Positions 47,538 to 59,741 are shown, counted from the first letter of the stretch. The stretch: 64,000 nucleotides of DNA from Adineta vaga (GCA_021613535.1 CP075492.1:13082001-13146000), one strand, 5' to 3'. Program-made: numbers and translations. Notes: generated by a model not told the origin, from the letters alone.

Positions 47538-50500
47538 TTATTTAATAGCTTGTAAAACACCATTCACTCGTTTGGATGTGATTTGACCATCTTCTTCGGT
47601 TATTTCAGTTACCTGACCATTTTCTTCCACTCTATACACAAACAAAAGAGAGAGAAACAAAGTAATCTTTTTTTGATAAGAGATAATCAAAATTTGATGT
47701 TACCTCGTCGTTGTAACACGGCGACCATTGATTGATTTAGTTGATTTAGTAGTTTTTTTCGAAATCGGTCGAGAACCATTGCCACCACTAGAAACAAATG
47801 CAAACAAATTGATTTTGTTTTTCTTTATATTCATATAAAATCTACATACCCAAACGAGATATTAAATGATGAAATTGTTCCCATATTATCTCCACCCAAA
47901 TTACCGGCAAATGATTGATGATTGAATAAAGGCGTTCTCATTGGAGAAAAGAAATTATCGAACAAAGTCATTTGTTGTGGTGCACGTCTTGAATTGGAAC
48001 TATTTGGATCTCGACTATGGCGACGGTGTAAATCAGCAAATGGATGCATACCAAAACCTAGAAACGAAATATCATTCCAATCAATTCTTCCACGAAAAAA
48101 CAACAAAATTTCTAGTTAAAATAGGATCATTTTAGATGCAATTTTAGTTAAAAAAAATTTCCCATCACCACATGCGCAATGCAAGCATCATTCAAAAACG
48201 AGAAAAATTCCTTCAGAATCCATCTGGTGTTCTCACCAGAACATACTATATGATGTGTCCATATGTCTAAAAATAAGCCAGAAGCAACGTATGCAAGCTT
48301 ATGCTTATGTTTGTTGTTCGTTTTTATTTTTTTTATATGGGCTTTGTTGAATTGATTAAACGAAACATACGAACTTACCAAACTCATCTTCCATGCCGAA
48401 ATGTGACATGAATTGTTCAAAGATATCGAATGGATTGTGAAAATGAAATGTTCGATTAAGAAAATCTTCGGAAAATCTTCCATAACCTTCATTCGATGAA
48501 GAACCACCATTGTTACCATTGGTGAAAGCTCCTCTACCCAACTGATCATATCGACGACGTTTATCTTCTGAAAATTTTTTTAGAAAAAAAAACAAAAACA
48601 CATATATCCATTCTAGGTTAGTAAAGAGCAATTAATGAGCAGCAGCAGCAGTAGTCGTCATGTCTACTTCAATTCCAATTTCCCATGTGTGATTTTCTAC
48701 GAAAGTTTTTACCTTTACTTTTTTCCTTGAAAACTGGTTTATTATTAATTGCTGTTTCATTTTTATGACGAATACTACGTCGAATACTTTTTAATGGTGA
48801 AGTTAATTTCGATGTATTATCTGATATTCCATCAGTAATTGTTGGTGATGGACGTTTATCACCTGTATCAGTTTGACAACTCATATGTCTCATAGATTTC
48901 GCACGACGAAGACCAGGACTAGCTGGTAATGGATAATCATCTAATGTTTCATAACTAATTAAACGAAAATCTTGATATTGATTTTCTGTTGTTTTATTAT
49001 TTGGAATTTCTAATAATTCAATGGATTTAATATTATTAGGAATTTTATCTCCACCAAGTGCAACAGCAGATGAAATAATACCTTGTTGACCAAGAATTAA
49101 AAGTTTATCACGTTCATCTTGTGATGGAATTGGATGAGAGATAAGATTATCAACCAATGTACATGGTTTACGTAGGAAACAATTTAGATTTGTTTTAGGA
49201 AATTCAATATCGTCAATACGATGACGAGCCATTTGTTCTTTTACGGACGTAAGCAATGATGGAGCTTGAACAAATTTGGCACGATGCATCGAATGAATAC
49301 GAGATGATTGAGTAGCAATTGGATTAAAATTTTCCATTGTTGCAGCAAAACGTGCCGCTTCTAATTGCTCTTCAACAATTCGAGCTAATGCAGCAGAATC
49401 AAATTCCCGTGATTCACTTGTTGATGATATTGTTGAACGTCGTCGTGGTTCAACATATGTTTGTCGTCGTTTAATTGTAGGTTTTTTATGATGATGATGA
49501 TGATGATGATGATGAACTTCTGGTTTGGTTATTTTTGGTTCTTGTAATGTCGGTGGTGGTGCGCAAGGGGGCATTACTGGTGGTTGCTGTTGTTGTTGTT
49601 GTTGCTGCTGCTGTGGTGGTGGTGGTGGAGATCCTTGCTGCTGCTGCTGCGGTAGTTGTTGTTGTTGTTGTTGTTGTTGCTGTTGTGGTGGTGATGGCGG
49701 CGTTGGTGGTGATGGTGGTGTTGGTGTCGGTTGCTCCTGCTGCTGTTGCTGCTGCTGCTGAGAAGAGTGACGAACATAATCATGTATTTTAATCAGACGT
49801 TCGATATCATTGGAAAGATTTAGATTTGAAAAACGATTATTTTTTATAATATTTTCATTTTCTTCGGGAATAATATTGATATATCGTTTAACGAATTTTA
49901 AATCAGAATTCTCTCGATCAACTTGAAAATCATAATAAACTGACATATTTATTTCATGAACAACACGTGGTTTTAATTCATTTTCGCTTTCAGTCGTTGC
50001 TGGAATTTCTTCATAATCATTTTTATTTGTTGATAAGATAAATGCTGGTAAATCTTCTTTATCAAATGTGTCATGTTGTTGAAATTCTTTTTGACAAACA
50101 TTAAGAAATTCTTCATCATCAATTATTGTACGAAATAATTCTTCTAATTCTTCGTTGGTTCGTTCGCTATAAATAATTGATGAACCCAATTGATCATATA
50201 AAAACCGTCCACGACCTGTTTATATATTTATTAAGGGGAAAAAAAGAAACGACTACTGCTGATGCTGTTTTCTTCAAAAAGCATGAAAAGCTTTTTCTGT
50301 TTTTTTTTATTTTCTTCATTTACTCACTGTCTGATAAAATTTCATATGCTTCAGAGATTAATTTGAATTTTTCTTCTGCTTGACTTTTATTTGAAAGATT
50401 TTTGTCCGGATGCCACTAGGAGAATATGAAAGAAGAGAAACCGCGTATTATTATGAAATTGAAACCAATTAGTATATACGCAATGTTTTACCTTTAAAGC

Positions 50501-50638
50501 TAATCGGCGATATCTAAAAATAGTATACATATAATCTAATTAGATGATTCTTATCTCGACAAATATAACATACGCTTTCTTGATTTCATCTTCAGTGGCC
50601 GTCTTCTCGACCTCAAGTATTTCGTAAAAGTCGGTCAT
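47538..50638 (-). CDS. DNAJB6: DnaJ homolog subfamily B member 6/2-like co-chaperone, canonical isoform of about 249 aa (exons 50574-50638, 50492-50513, 50328-50415, 48379-48567, 47850-48057, 47704-47787, 47538-47631)
   Basis: J-domain [10 protein letters not shown]...YRRLALKWHPDKN...[24 protein letters not shown]; G/F region with [13 protein letters not shown]; C-terminal domain [43 protein letters not shown]. Confidence 0.92.
48669..50215 (-). CDS. Alternative terminal exon of the DNAJB6-like gene encoding a polyQ/polyP/polyH low-complexity tail (isoform of about 573 aa)
   Basis: An acceptor (pyrimidine tract...AAACAG) at 50216-50217 is in phase with the J-domain donor at 50326-50327, giving ...[21 protein letters not shown].... 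The frame is open for 1547 nt. Confidence 0.8.
49490..49760 (-). repeat. Coding trinucleotide repeats (CAG/CAA, CCA, CAT) giving polyQ, polyP and polyH
   Basis: tgc/tgt/tgg/tga runs are directly visible on the plus strand. Confidence 0.9.
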
Positions 50639-51933
50639 TGTAAAAATTTACTAAAACAAGATAGAAATACAATGATATTTTCACGAAAAAGATTTCTTGA
50701 CAAAAATATCTCTCTTTTTTTCTCATCATACAGTAGTTACTTGTCGTTTACTTATCTAAATATACTCTATTGTCCATGTCTCTTTTTCTTTTCTCTCTCT
50801 CTCTTTCTTTCTCTTTCTCTGTCTTCTCGTCTCCTTCTACACCGAAAGCAAATGTACAAGCGTTCGTACATATCGTACGCTTACGACAAACTAACTATGT
50901 ACATTATGTGTATAAAGAAAGCAAAAGAAAACAAAAAACGATGAAAGACAGACAACGTCGTTTTTATTATGACGCTACGTCGTACAATGATCATCCTTGT
51001 TGCAATTGACTGCTCTTCAAAGTCTACCTTGAACTGTTCGACAATGATCTTGACAGAGAAGAAAAAAGAAACGAAACGAAATGTATAAAAACCTTCACGC
51101 CGCAATGCTATGACGATTAGAATTATGAACCTAGGTGAATGAGCACCAAATTATAAGTGCATACCTTAGCAATTGATTGTCGTTATAGATAATTTGACAA
51201 GCAACAGACGAAAAAACGAAAAGAGGGTCAACCTAAACGAAATAATATTGACAAAAAAGAAATTCCATGAATAATGATTGTCTCGTTGAGATATTCTCTT
51301 ATCTTTGTCACATCTCCGCCGATTCAGTGACAGAAAAAAAAATAAGAAGAGAAAAGTCTTCTATTCAACACTACCTACTGAATCTACTTAAGAAAATGAC
51401 ATCATTTATTAACAAAGAAGAAGAAGAAACGAAAGAAGCAAGTCTACGAAAAATCGATTGTAAATATGAATAAGGAAATATATTAGTTATAAACGTTATT
51501 TCCTTGGAAAAAGCCTGTTGAGATTTTTCTTTTCTTTACTAGAAAAGATAAAAAGTCTTCGGTAGTTGTGACGACCGTAGGAAGAAAACGAACAATAAAA
51601 TCATCGTAATCAAAACAGAATACATACTTAGTTGTAGTTTTTATTTAATATACTTTTGTTGGATTGATCATTCTTCTCGTTTTTTTAAAGAAAAAAAAAG
51701 GCGGGGAAAAGTAAATGGACGTCATAAATGAAGGACAAATAAATAAATATGAGATGAAGGGAGAAAAAAAGAGAGAAATCGTCCGATTGGATGCATATCT
51801 AGCCAATCCAATGAGTATGTTTTATTTGCATTACTATGTCAATTATTACGCAGCGTACTCGTCATGTGCTTTGACTTCTGAATACTTATCAGCTGCTCCT
51901 ATATATAGTGACAGTAATCTTCAGAAGTATAAA

Positions 51934-53596
51934 ATGAGTAATCATGATGAAATATCTACGCATTCGAAATGTATAGAAGATTTACCTGAAGAAATTCTAT
52001 TACGAATCTTTCGATTTATTTTACCATATAAGTAAGAGAAAAATATTAAATAAAAAATAAAAAAAAGAAGCTTGTTTTCTTTTCCAGAGATTATGCGTCA
52101 ATACGACTTGTTTGTCGACAATGGGAACGGTTATGGCGTGAAATCAAACAATGGCGAATAGAGAATTTTTCAAACCACATATCATCATCTACATCAGCTG
52201 TATCAATTCATTGGCAATTAATCGATCCATCAACAAAATTTAATTTAACACCAAGATTTTCTCATTCAGTTTGTTATGTTGATTCAAAACAAATGTTATA
52301 TGTTTTTGGTGGCAGTCGAGATATGGCAACATCGTTAAATGATTTCTGGCGTTTAAATTTATCTACGCGAAGGTAGATTTGAAATGATCATTTTATCTAC
52401 AATAAGAATTCTTTTTGTTTTCAATTAGTTGGGAACGAATTTTACCCATAGGACAATATCCACCACCGAAATGTTCAGCAACATTTATTGATGATGAAAA
52501 TGGAAATCTAATATTATTCGGTGGTCGATCAAAGATCTATACAGATGATATACATATGCGAGAACAACTTCATCATGAACTTCATTCGTATTCAATAGAA
52601 GGAAATACATGGAATTTACATTCAAATTTAAGCGAACCTGGACCAATTTCTGATCATAGTGCATCGATTGTAGCTATAAATAATCAAAAACGAATGATTG
52701 TTTTTGGTGGAATGGTTGGAACAATGAATCAACAATCATTACTTCAGGGAACAAATGATTTGTGGCAATGGACAGATATAGAAACAAATACTTGGACAAT
52801 GATACAAATTGATTGTAATCGACCAGAGCCAAGAAAAGGTAATTTAACAAGATAAACGATTTTCTCAAAAGAAATTCTGTTACATTTAGGTCATTCTCAA
52901 TTTACATTAAATTCTAATCATATTCTTATTGTTGGTGGTTTATCATTAACTCGTGTTTGTCGTGATGTATGGCTTTTCTCATTTCAAACAAATCAATGGA
53001 CACAAATAACTGTAAATAATCAATATCCAAATGATTTCTCACCAAGTAATGATGATTTACCATATTTACCATTTTGTTTTATTCCATCTTCACAATTATT
53101 AATTACATTTGGTCGAGTAAAACGACATCCAACTGAACATGAACGTCAGACATACAGTCAATATGACTTTTCTCATTGTGATTGGAAATCTCATGAACAC
53201 TTCCTTGTTCTTCCAAGTAGTTCCAGTGATGATAGTGATGAACCAACTCGTCATACGAATACTTATAAACGACCTCTTGTACCTCCTTTAAAAACGAAAT
53301 ATAACATGTTAGAACTTTCAACTGGTTTACAAATGTATCGTTTGGATATTTCTAATTTATTTTCATTATATCCATGTGTAACATGGTTACCATCAAAATG
53401 TACATCGGTATTTGGCAGTCCAACACGTTCATCTCTTTATTATTCATTAAGTTATGCACGAAATGAATTCATACTTTTTGGTGGAATAGAAAAACGAAAA
53501 TTACAGTTACAAAAACTTTCTTCAGAGAATGATCATCGATTACAATCGATATCAGGCACTCTTGCTTTTATTACAATATCGAATATTCCTCTTTAG
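51934..53596 (+). CDS. FBXO42: F-box/kelch-repeat protein, FBXO42-like, 4 exons
   Basis: F-box IEDLPEEILLRIFRFILPYKDYASIRLVCRQW; kelch-type repeats PRFSHS..YVFGG..NDFW, PPPKCSAT..ILFGG, DHSASI..IVFGG, PRKGHSQ..LIVGG. Introns at 52032-52087, 52373-52428 and 52839-52889. Confidence 0.8.
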
Positions 53597-53655
53597 ATAA
53601 AAGAAAATAGATAATTCTATTTATTTCTAGATATAAAAAATTTTCAAAATAAACT

Positions 53656-54165
<510 letters not shown>

Positions 54166-54548
54166 AATGATGATCATCAATAATTTTAATATGTACATTA
54201 TTTCTTCTCGATAATGACGATGATTTGAGCCGGTAGAACTTTCTCTTGTCAATATATACATATGTATCCTTGAACTTTGTATGATTTTTCTTTCTTTTTT
54301 TTTGTCAACTAGCTTGAATAAATTTACTCGAGATTATTAGCTCATACAATATTCAATCAGTTTGCATCTTATCATAAATATGAGAAGGAAAACTTTGTCT
54401 GTCAAATATTGGCTCACGGATCAGTCAAGTATGGAATAGTAACATTTTGTAAAACTCTATTGCTGAACAGAAATGTATTGAAGAAGATTATAAGTTTAAT
54501 GAACAACATTAAGATAGTTATAAAGTCGATATAGATAAATAGTAGTTC

Positions 54549-55322
54549 TTAAATTTTTTGAGAACGGATATTTCCTGATGTTGGTCGTTCAATATTAACC
54601 ATTGGTATTTGAGGTGTTAGATCGTATACAGGTAATGAAAAATAGGAATTTTCTCCTTTTTTGAGTAAACTAGCAAAAGCTGCATACCAAGCGATGACAG
54701 CTGTTATAATTCCAAAAACACCTGCGGCACGTTGTAAATTATAATCATTTTGTTGAAATTTACATGCTGTAAGAAGAATAAATGTAAGTGTTAAACAGAA
54801 GAATAATGCTATTAAAGCAACATTAGTTCGAAGAGATGAAACCAACATAGCTGCTGTAAATATAGTCCAAGCGAGGAAAAAAACACCAAAGGCTTTGTTC
54901 ATTGTTACAATATCGATAGAATTCAAAAAATTAAACAAATAAATGTTCAATGAAGATAATCCAAGCCAAAAGCCACCATACGAACAAAATGCTAACGCAC
55001 CGAAATTATTTCCAATACGAAATTCTAATAAACCAGCAATAAGTTGAATTAAACCACCATAGAACAAAGCTAAACCCATGACAACACCATGTGAAGCTGT
55101 TACAGGTATACCAATACCTGCATTGTACATCGAGAGGACAAATGTTGTCAATGCAAAAGCACAGAGACCAAGTGGTGTTGGATTTAAACGTGGTGCTGCT
55201 CGTGGTGATGATGACGATGTTGGTGGATACATTTTCAATAAACGTTCAAATTCAAGAAATCGGTCGTATGTTGTACGTGTTGAAGTTTCAACCGTTTCAT
55301 AATACTGCTGTTGATGTGACAT
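54549..55322 (-). CDS. GPR1/FUN34/YaaH (SatP/Ady2) acetate transporter family, intronless
   Basis: Family signature NPTPLGLCAFALTTF, plus FYGGLIQLIAG, GNNFGALAFCSYGGFW and six hydrophobic segments. The likely start is MSHQQQYY at 55322. Confidence 0.92.
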   Translation of the reverse strand: MSHQQQYYETVETSTRTTYDRFLEFERLLKMYPPTSSSSPRAAPRLNPTPLGLCAFALTTFVLSMYNAGIGIPVTASHGVVMGLALFYGGLIQLIAGLLEFRIGNNFGALAFCSYGGFWLGLSSLNIYLFNFLNSIDIVTMNKAFGVFFLAWTIFTAAMLVSSLRTNVALIALFFCLTLTFILLTACKFQQNDYNLQRAAGVFGIITAVIAWYAAFASLLKKGENSYFSLPVYDLTPQIPMVNIERPTSGNIRSQKI

Positions 55323-55887
55323 ACTTCGTTCGTATAAGCAAAAAGATATTTGAAAAAAATCTCTTTGAATTTTATATCTATCAATCAAACGACGTGAGAG
55401 ACAATTCACTTGTATATATGGACAGTTAAATAGCAACAATCTATCGTACTTATCTGCAAAAAGAAACAACTGAATATTGACTTTTATCAATCGTACACAA
55501 GTAATAAATAACTCATAAACTCGAATATAAGGATTATAGAATGCTGTTGTTGTTGTTTTGTGTATTGATGATTACAACGAATGTAGATCTTTATCAAGGC
55601 AAATAGAGTTATTTTTACTACTGATTAATCCTATTCATAAAATGTATCTTTTCGCTTTGATTACGCATCGATAAATTTGTCTAAGAACGCAAATAAACGC
55701 ATGTGAATCATGATCAAAAGTGAAACGAAAGTTTATTCGACTTTTTTGAAATTCCTTTAATATTTTGTTACTCTTTAGTAGTATTACAATTATTTTTAGC
55801 AATTCTTCATCTTAACTTTCTGATAAGCAAACTGCACTTGCATGATAACGAATATCTTTCGTTTTCTTCTCTTTTCATGGGCTGAAA

Positions 55888-58073
55888 ATGCATTTTTCGA
55901 CGTTTTATATCTTAGTATTCCATGTTATTAACTACGCATTTACTTTATCGTCAATTTATGTTGTTCCAAATCTACAACCGATCAGTAAAGAAGATGGATC
56001 ATTACAGAATCCCTTTTCTAAAATTGAACATGCTCGAAATTATCTTCGTATGCTATCTCGAACGACAGTTCAACGTGTTGCTCTTTATCCTACATATCAT
56101 TTTTTAAACAATCATACATTATCATTTGATGAACGTGATCATTTAACAATCTATACAAAAATGTCTGATAATGAACGAAATCAAATTTCATTTGATAGAA
56201 AACAAAATTTGATTGAATTAGATTTTCCAATCATTAGTGGTGGTATTCGTTTAACAGACTGGACTATTGATAAAGAAGTAAGTATTAAGAAAAAATCTAC
56301 TTTTGAAATCTTTCTTTTACACTAAACGTTTAGATCTGGCGTATTCGTCTACCTACTTCTTTATCTACTGTGACACAACTATTCGTTAACGGTCAACGTG
56401 CTATTCGTAGTCGTTTACCGTTAAATGATTATTTCTATTATGAAAAAGGACTTGCTTATCAAGGTTTTATCTATCGTGAACATCAGTTTGATAATATTAC
56501 ACTTAGTTCTACATCAAGTAGTGAAATTATTATTTATCATTCATTTACTACGTCTCGTCATTATTTCTCTCGAATATTTCCACAAAATCGTTCAATACTT
56601 TTTACAAATCCATCATTATCAGTCATTGGTAATACATCAATTATTCAACAATCTGGTCAACGTTTTCATCTCGAAAATATTTACGAAGGAATGATTTTAC
56701 AATCAGGTTCATTCTATTTTGATTCGCTCACACAAATATTATATTATCATGCACGACCAACGGAACATTTACAAAATACATTGATTATTTTACCAATAAT
56801 CGAAATAGTTCTATCAATGATTAATGTTACTAAACTTGAATGGAATTCAATTGGAATTGAACATAGTGCATGGATGGTATCTACAAAGATGAATAAGAGT
56901 CTTCCAATTGATGGACGAGCAGCAGCTGATTATACCGATCGATCAATCATTGCTGTCTATCTTCGTAATACATCTGAAGTTACATTCAATAAAATTGAAA
57001 TAGCACATATAGCTGGTTATGCAATACAAATCGATGAAAATTGTCAAGAGATTCAAATTGAAAATAGTCAATTCTATGATTTAGGTGCAGGTGGTATACG
57101 AATGGGATTGACTAGAGTAAATGAAAATGATAAGAAACAATTTATAGAAAATATTCGCATCGAAAATTGTTCTTTATTTAATAATGGTCATCTATTTCCT
57201 ATGGGTGTTGGTATTCTCCTTCAACTTGCAACAAGAAATATCTTAATAAAACAAAATACTTTCTATGAATTTTTTCATACCGCTATCCATATTGGTTGGT
57301 CATGGTAAGTTATTATTATGTTATCATTTACTTTTTTTTACATAACTACTATAACGTTTTCTAGGAGTTACGATCAAAGTTTCTGTTATAATCATACAAT
57401 ATCTTTTAATTATATTCATCATCTTGGTCAACATGTGTTAAGTGAACTTGGTGGTATTTATACTTGTGGTGTATTAAATGAAACATTTATAACAAATAAT
57501 ATCATACATGATATCTATGGATATTTTTTACATGATTGGGGAATCTATTTAGCTGATGGAAGTTCACAAATCATAATAAGCAATACCATTGTTTATAATA
57601 CAGGTTCAGCTTCATTTACAATGATCTATGGTTTTAATAATACATTTCAAAATAATATACTTGCTCGATCAAGTAATGAAAGTGATGGTGCACTTTCCCT
57701 ATATCGTCGTGAAGCAATTGATCATTTAGCATTTACATTTTCGAACAATATTATCTATGATATTGTCAATACAACTGGCCGTTGGATATTTCAAGTTCAA
57801 GCACCGGATCCATTTTCAGCACCATTAGTAAGGATGAATTATAATTGTTATTTTAATTCGTATGGAGCGATGTTTATTTTTGGTCTTGGACGACTAGTTT
57901 TCAGTGAATGGCAAGAAACAAATCATGATATGAACAGTCTTATTACAGATCCATTGTTTATCAATGCAGAAGATCAATGTAATTTCTTTCGATTTCATAC
58001 CAACAGTCCAGCATTAAAATTAGGTTTTAAACCAATTGAATTCTTGTCTCAATGGAAACCTGGATGTTCTTAA
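55888..58073 (+). CDS. Secreted right-handed parallel beta-helix protein (pectin-lyase fold, GH141-like), 3 exons
   Basis: Signal peptide; DGSLQNPF; PIISGG; QLFVNGQRAIRSR; DLGAGGIRMG; IGWSW; LSELGGIYT; WGIYLADGSS; SPALKLGF. Introns at 56278-56333 and 57305-57364. Confidence 0.82.
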
Positions 58074-58781
58074 AATAAAAGTTTCTTTGTTTTCTTTTAC
58101 CTATCCATGTCTATGCACATATGAGATAGAGTGTTTCTTTCATATCTTCATACCATTAATAATCTGTAATTTTGGGATCGATATATCCATTAATACTATT
58201 TTTCGTCTTGTAAATGAAGATTTAATTGACAAACTTCAACTACCGTATATTTATAGTGTTCATGTATCTTTGGCTAGCTATCTAGATCTACACAAACATT
58301 ATCATGTTCGTATTGAAAGTATCAGTAGTGTGATAGAATCACCTAGCGAAGTGGAATATATTGCGAAAGAATATAACGTTCACCATGTTATTTCTGCTCA
58401 TCGTTTGGTAAATATCATGGTATGCAAAGTTGAATTCATCCTGTTACATCTGAATTTAGATGATCCGTTTTCTAGACAACTTGAATTGAGTACTTCATTT
58501 TTACAGTACTTCTATTAATAGATAAAAACTGAGTTATTCTTTTGGCCGTCAATTGAAATGATGATATGCATGAAAGGATTTCTTTCTAGTTTTAACTTAT
58601 TTTATATCTATCAGGCAAATAATCATGCTTTCATTTTGAAGTACTCCATATTTTCAATTTACTGAAGTTTGTCGAAGATAACATTCAACGGTAACAAAAT
58701 ATTCTTCTACGTAAATATGATAATTTATTTTTATATTACAGATCAATTCCTTCGAATCTTCATTTTCTTGTCTACAAAAAC

Positions 58782-59741
58782 ATGAATACAACAACAACAA
58801 CAGCAGTCGATTCATTACCTGCCGATAACGTTGAAGATTATCGGCTTGTTGGTTTAATTTCCTTAATATTTACCATTATTTCTGTGATGATTAGTACTTT
58901 GATCTTAATATTAGTATGGCGAACAAAACCTCGTTTACATACAGTAAATCATTTATTGATTTGTAATACAGCTTTTGCATCGATCTTCTATTGTGTAACA
59001 TTGAAAAATAATTTTGCCTATGTTATATTTGGTCAATGGGATACAAATGATGTTAGTTGCCGATTTCGAGCATATTTTGCATATAGTGGTATTGCTGGCG
59101 TGTTATATTCATATCTTATTCAAGCTATATCACGATTCTTTTTTTCTGTTTTATCAATAAACCATCGATATTTAACATCGTTTACAACACATTACATCCT
59201 CATTGCTTGTCAATGGATTGTTGTGTTCTTAGTTACAACACCTTCTATCTTAACTACCGATATTAATTTCTATCCCCATGTGTTTTGTTGGGTACCAATG
59301 AATCATATGTTACATGTAGTTTACACGATTTCTGTATATTACATAATACCAGTGACGGTTATCATTATAATTTATATTTGTATATATATACAAGTTAAAC
59401 GAGCAGGAATCAATACAACAGTTGCTTCCCGAAGCAGTCAAAAACGTGATTTAGAATTACTTCGTCGAATTATGATATTACTTAGTATTTATTTAACAAT
59501 AGGAATACTAACAGTTTTGTTTATAGTAACATCTAGTCGTTTGATTTATTTTGCGAGTTTAGTTTGGCCATCGGTGTGTGTCACTATTGAGAAACTATGT
59601 ACAATTCTGCTTGATAGAGAAATTTATCAAGTCATTCAAGCTAAGATGGATCGAGTACCATGTGTATCACGGTTTAGAAGGCAAATCGTACCGGTTTCTG
59701 GTAGACAAGATATTCAAGTGACAAGACAAGTAAATATATAA
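58782..59741 (+). CDS. Rhodopsin-like (class A) GPCR, intronless
   Basis: Seven hydrophobic segments, LHTVNHLLICN, Cys at the TM3 start (SCRFRAY), a DRY-variant QAISRFF, ECL2 Cys (FCWV) and YIIPV. Confidence 0.8.
   Translation: MNTTTTTAVDSLPADNVEDYRLVGLISLIFTIISVMISTLILILVWRTKPRLHTVNHLLICNTAFASIFYCVTLKNNFAYVIFGQWDTNDVSCRFRAYFAYSGIAGVLYSYLIQAISRFFFSVLSINHRYLTSFTTHYILIACQWIVVFLVTTPSILTTDINFYPHVFCWVPMNHMLHVVYTISVYYIIPVTVIIIIYICIYIQVKRAGINTTVASRSSQKRDLELLRRIMILLSIYLTIGILTVLFIVTSSRLIYFASLVWPSVCVTIEKLCTILLDREIYQVIQAKMDRVPCVSRFRRQIVPVSGRQDIQVTRQVNI

Larger units (their letters stand above)
48640..50267 (-). promoter_or_regulatory. Long-range inverted repeat (48640-48658 / 50249-50267, 18 of 19 complementary) bracketing the alternative DNAJB6 exon
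   Basis: Plus strand 48640 CAGCAGCAGCAGTAGTCGT versus the reverse complement of 50249-50267, CAGCATCAGCAGTAGTCGT. A perfect TACTAAC branch point lies at 48617-48623 (minus strand). Confidence 0.7.

Noticed and set aside
49525-49792. Poly-Cys/Gly and poly-Val/Ala ORFs on the plus strand
   Set aside because: They are antisense shadows of the CAG/CAA/CCA repeats in the DNAJB6 alternative exon.
48669-50189. 506-aa ORF treated as an independent nested gene
   Set aside because: It starts at TTG, and the upstream acceptor joins it in frame to the J-domain and completes the YDQLG motif, so an alternative exon explains it better.
55323-55490. N-terminal extension of the GPR1/FUN34 ORF
   Set aside because: It begins at a non-ATG codon and looks like UTR or promoter sequence; the first ATG is at 55322.
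58036-58518. 160-aa plus-strand ORF after the beta-helix gene
   Set aside because: No proper start, no recognisable motif and no clear splice structure. It could be a decayed element, but I cannot support that.
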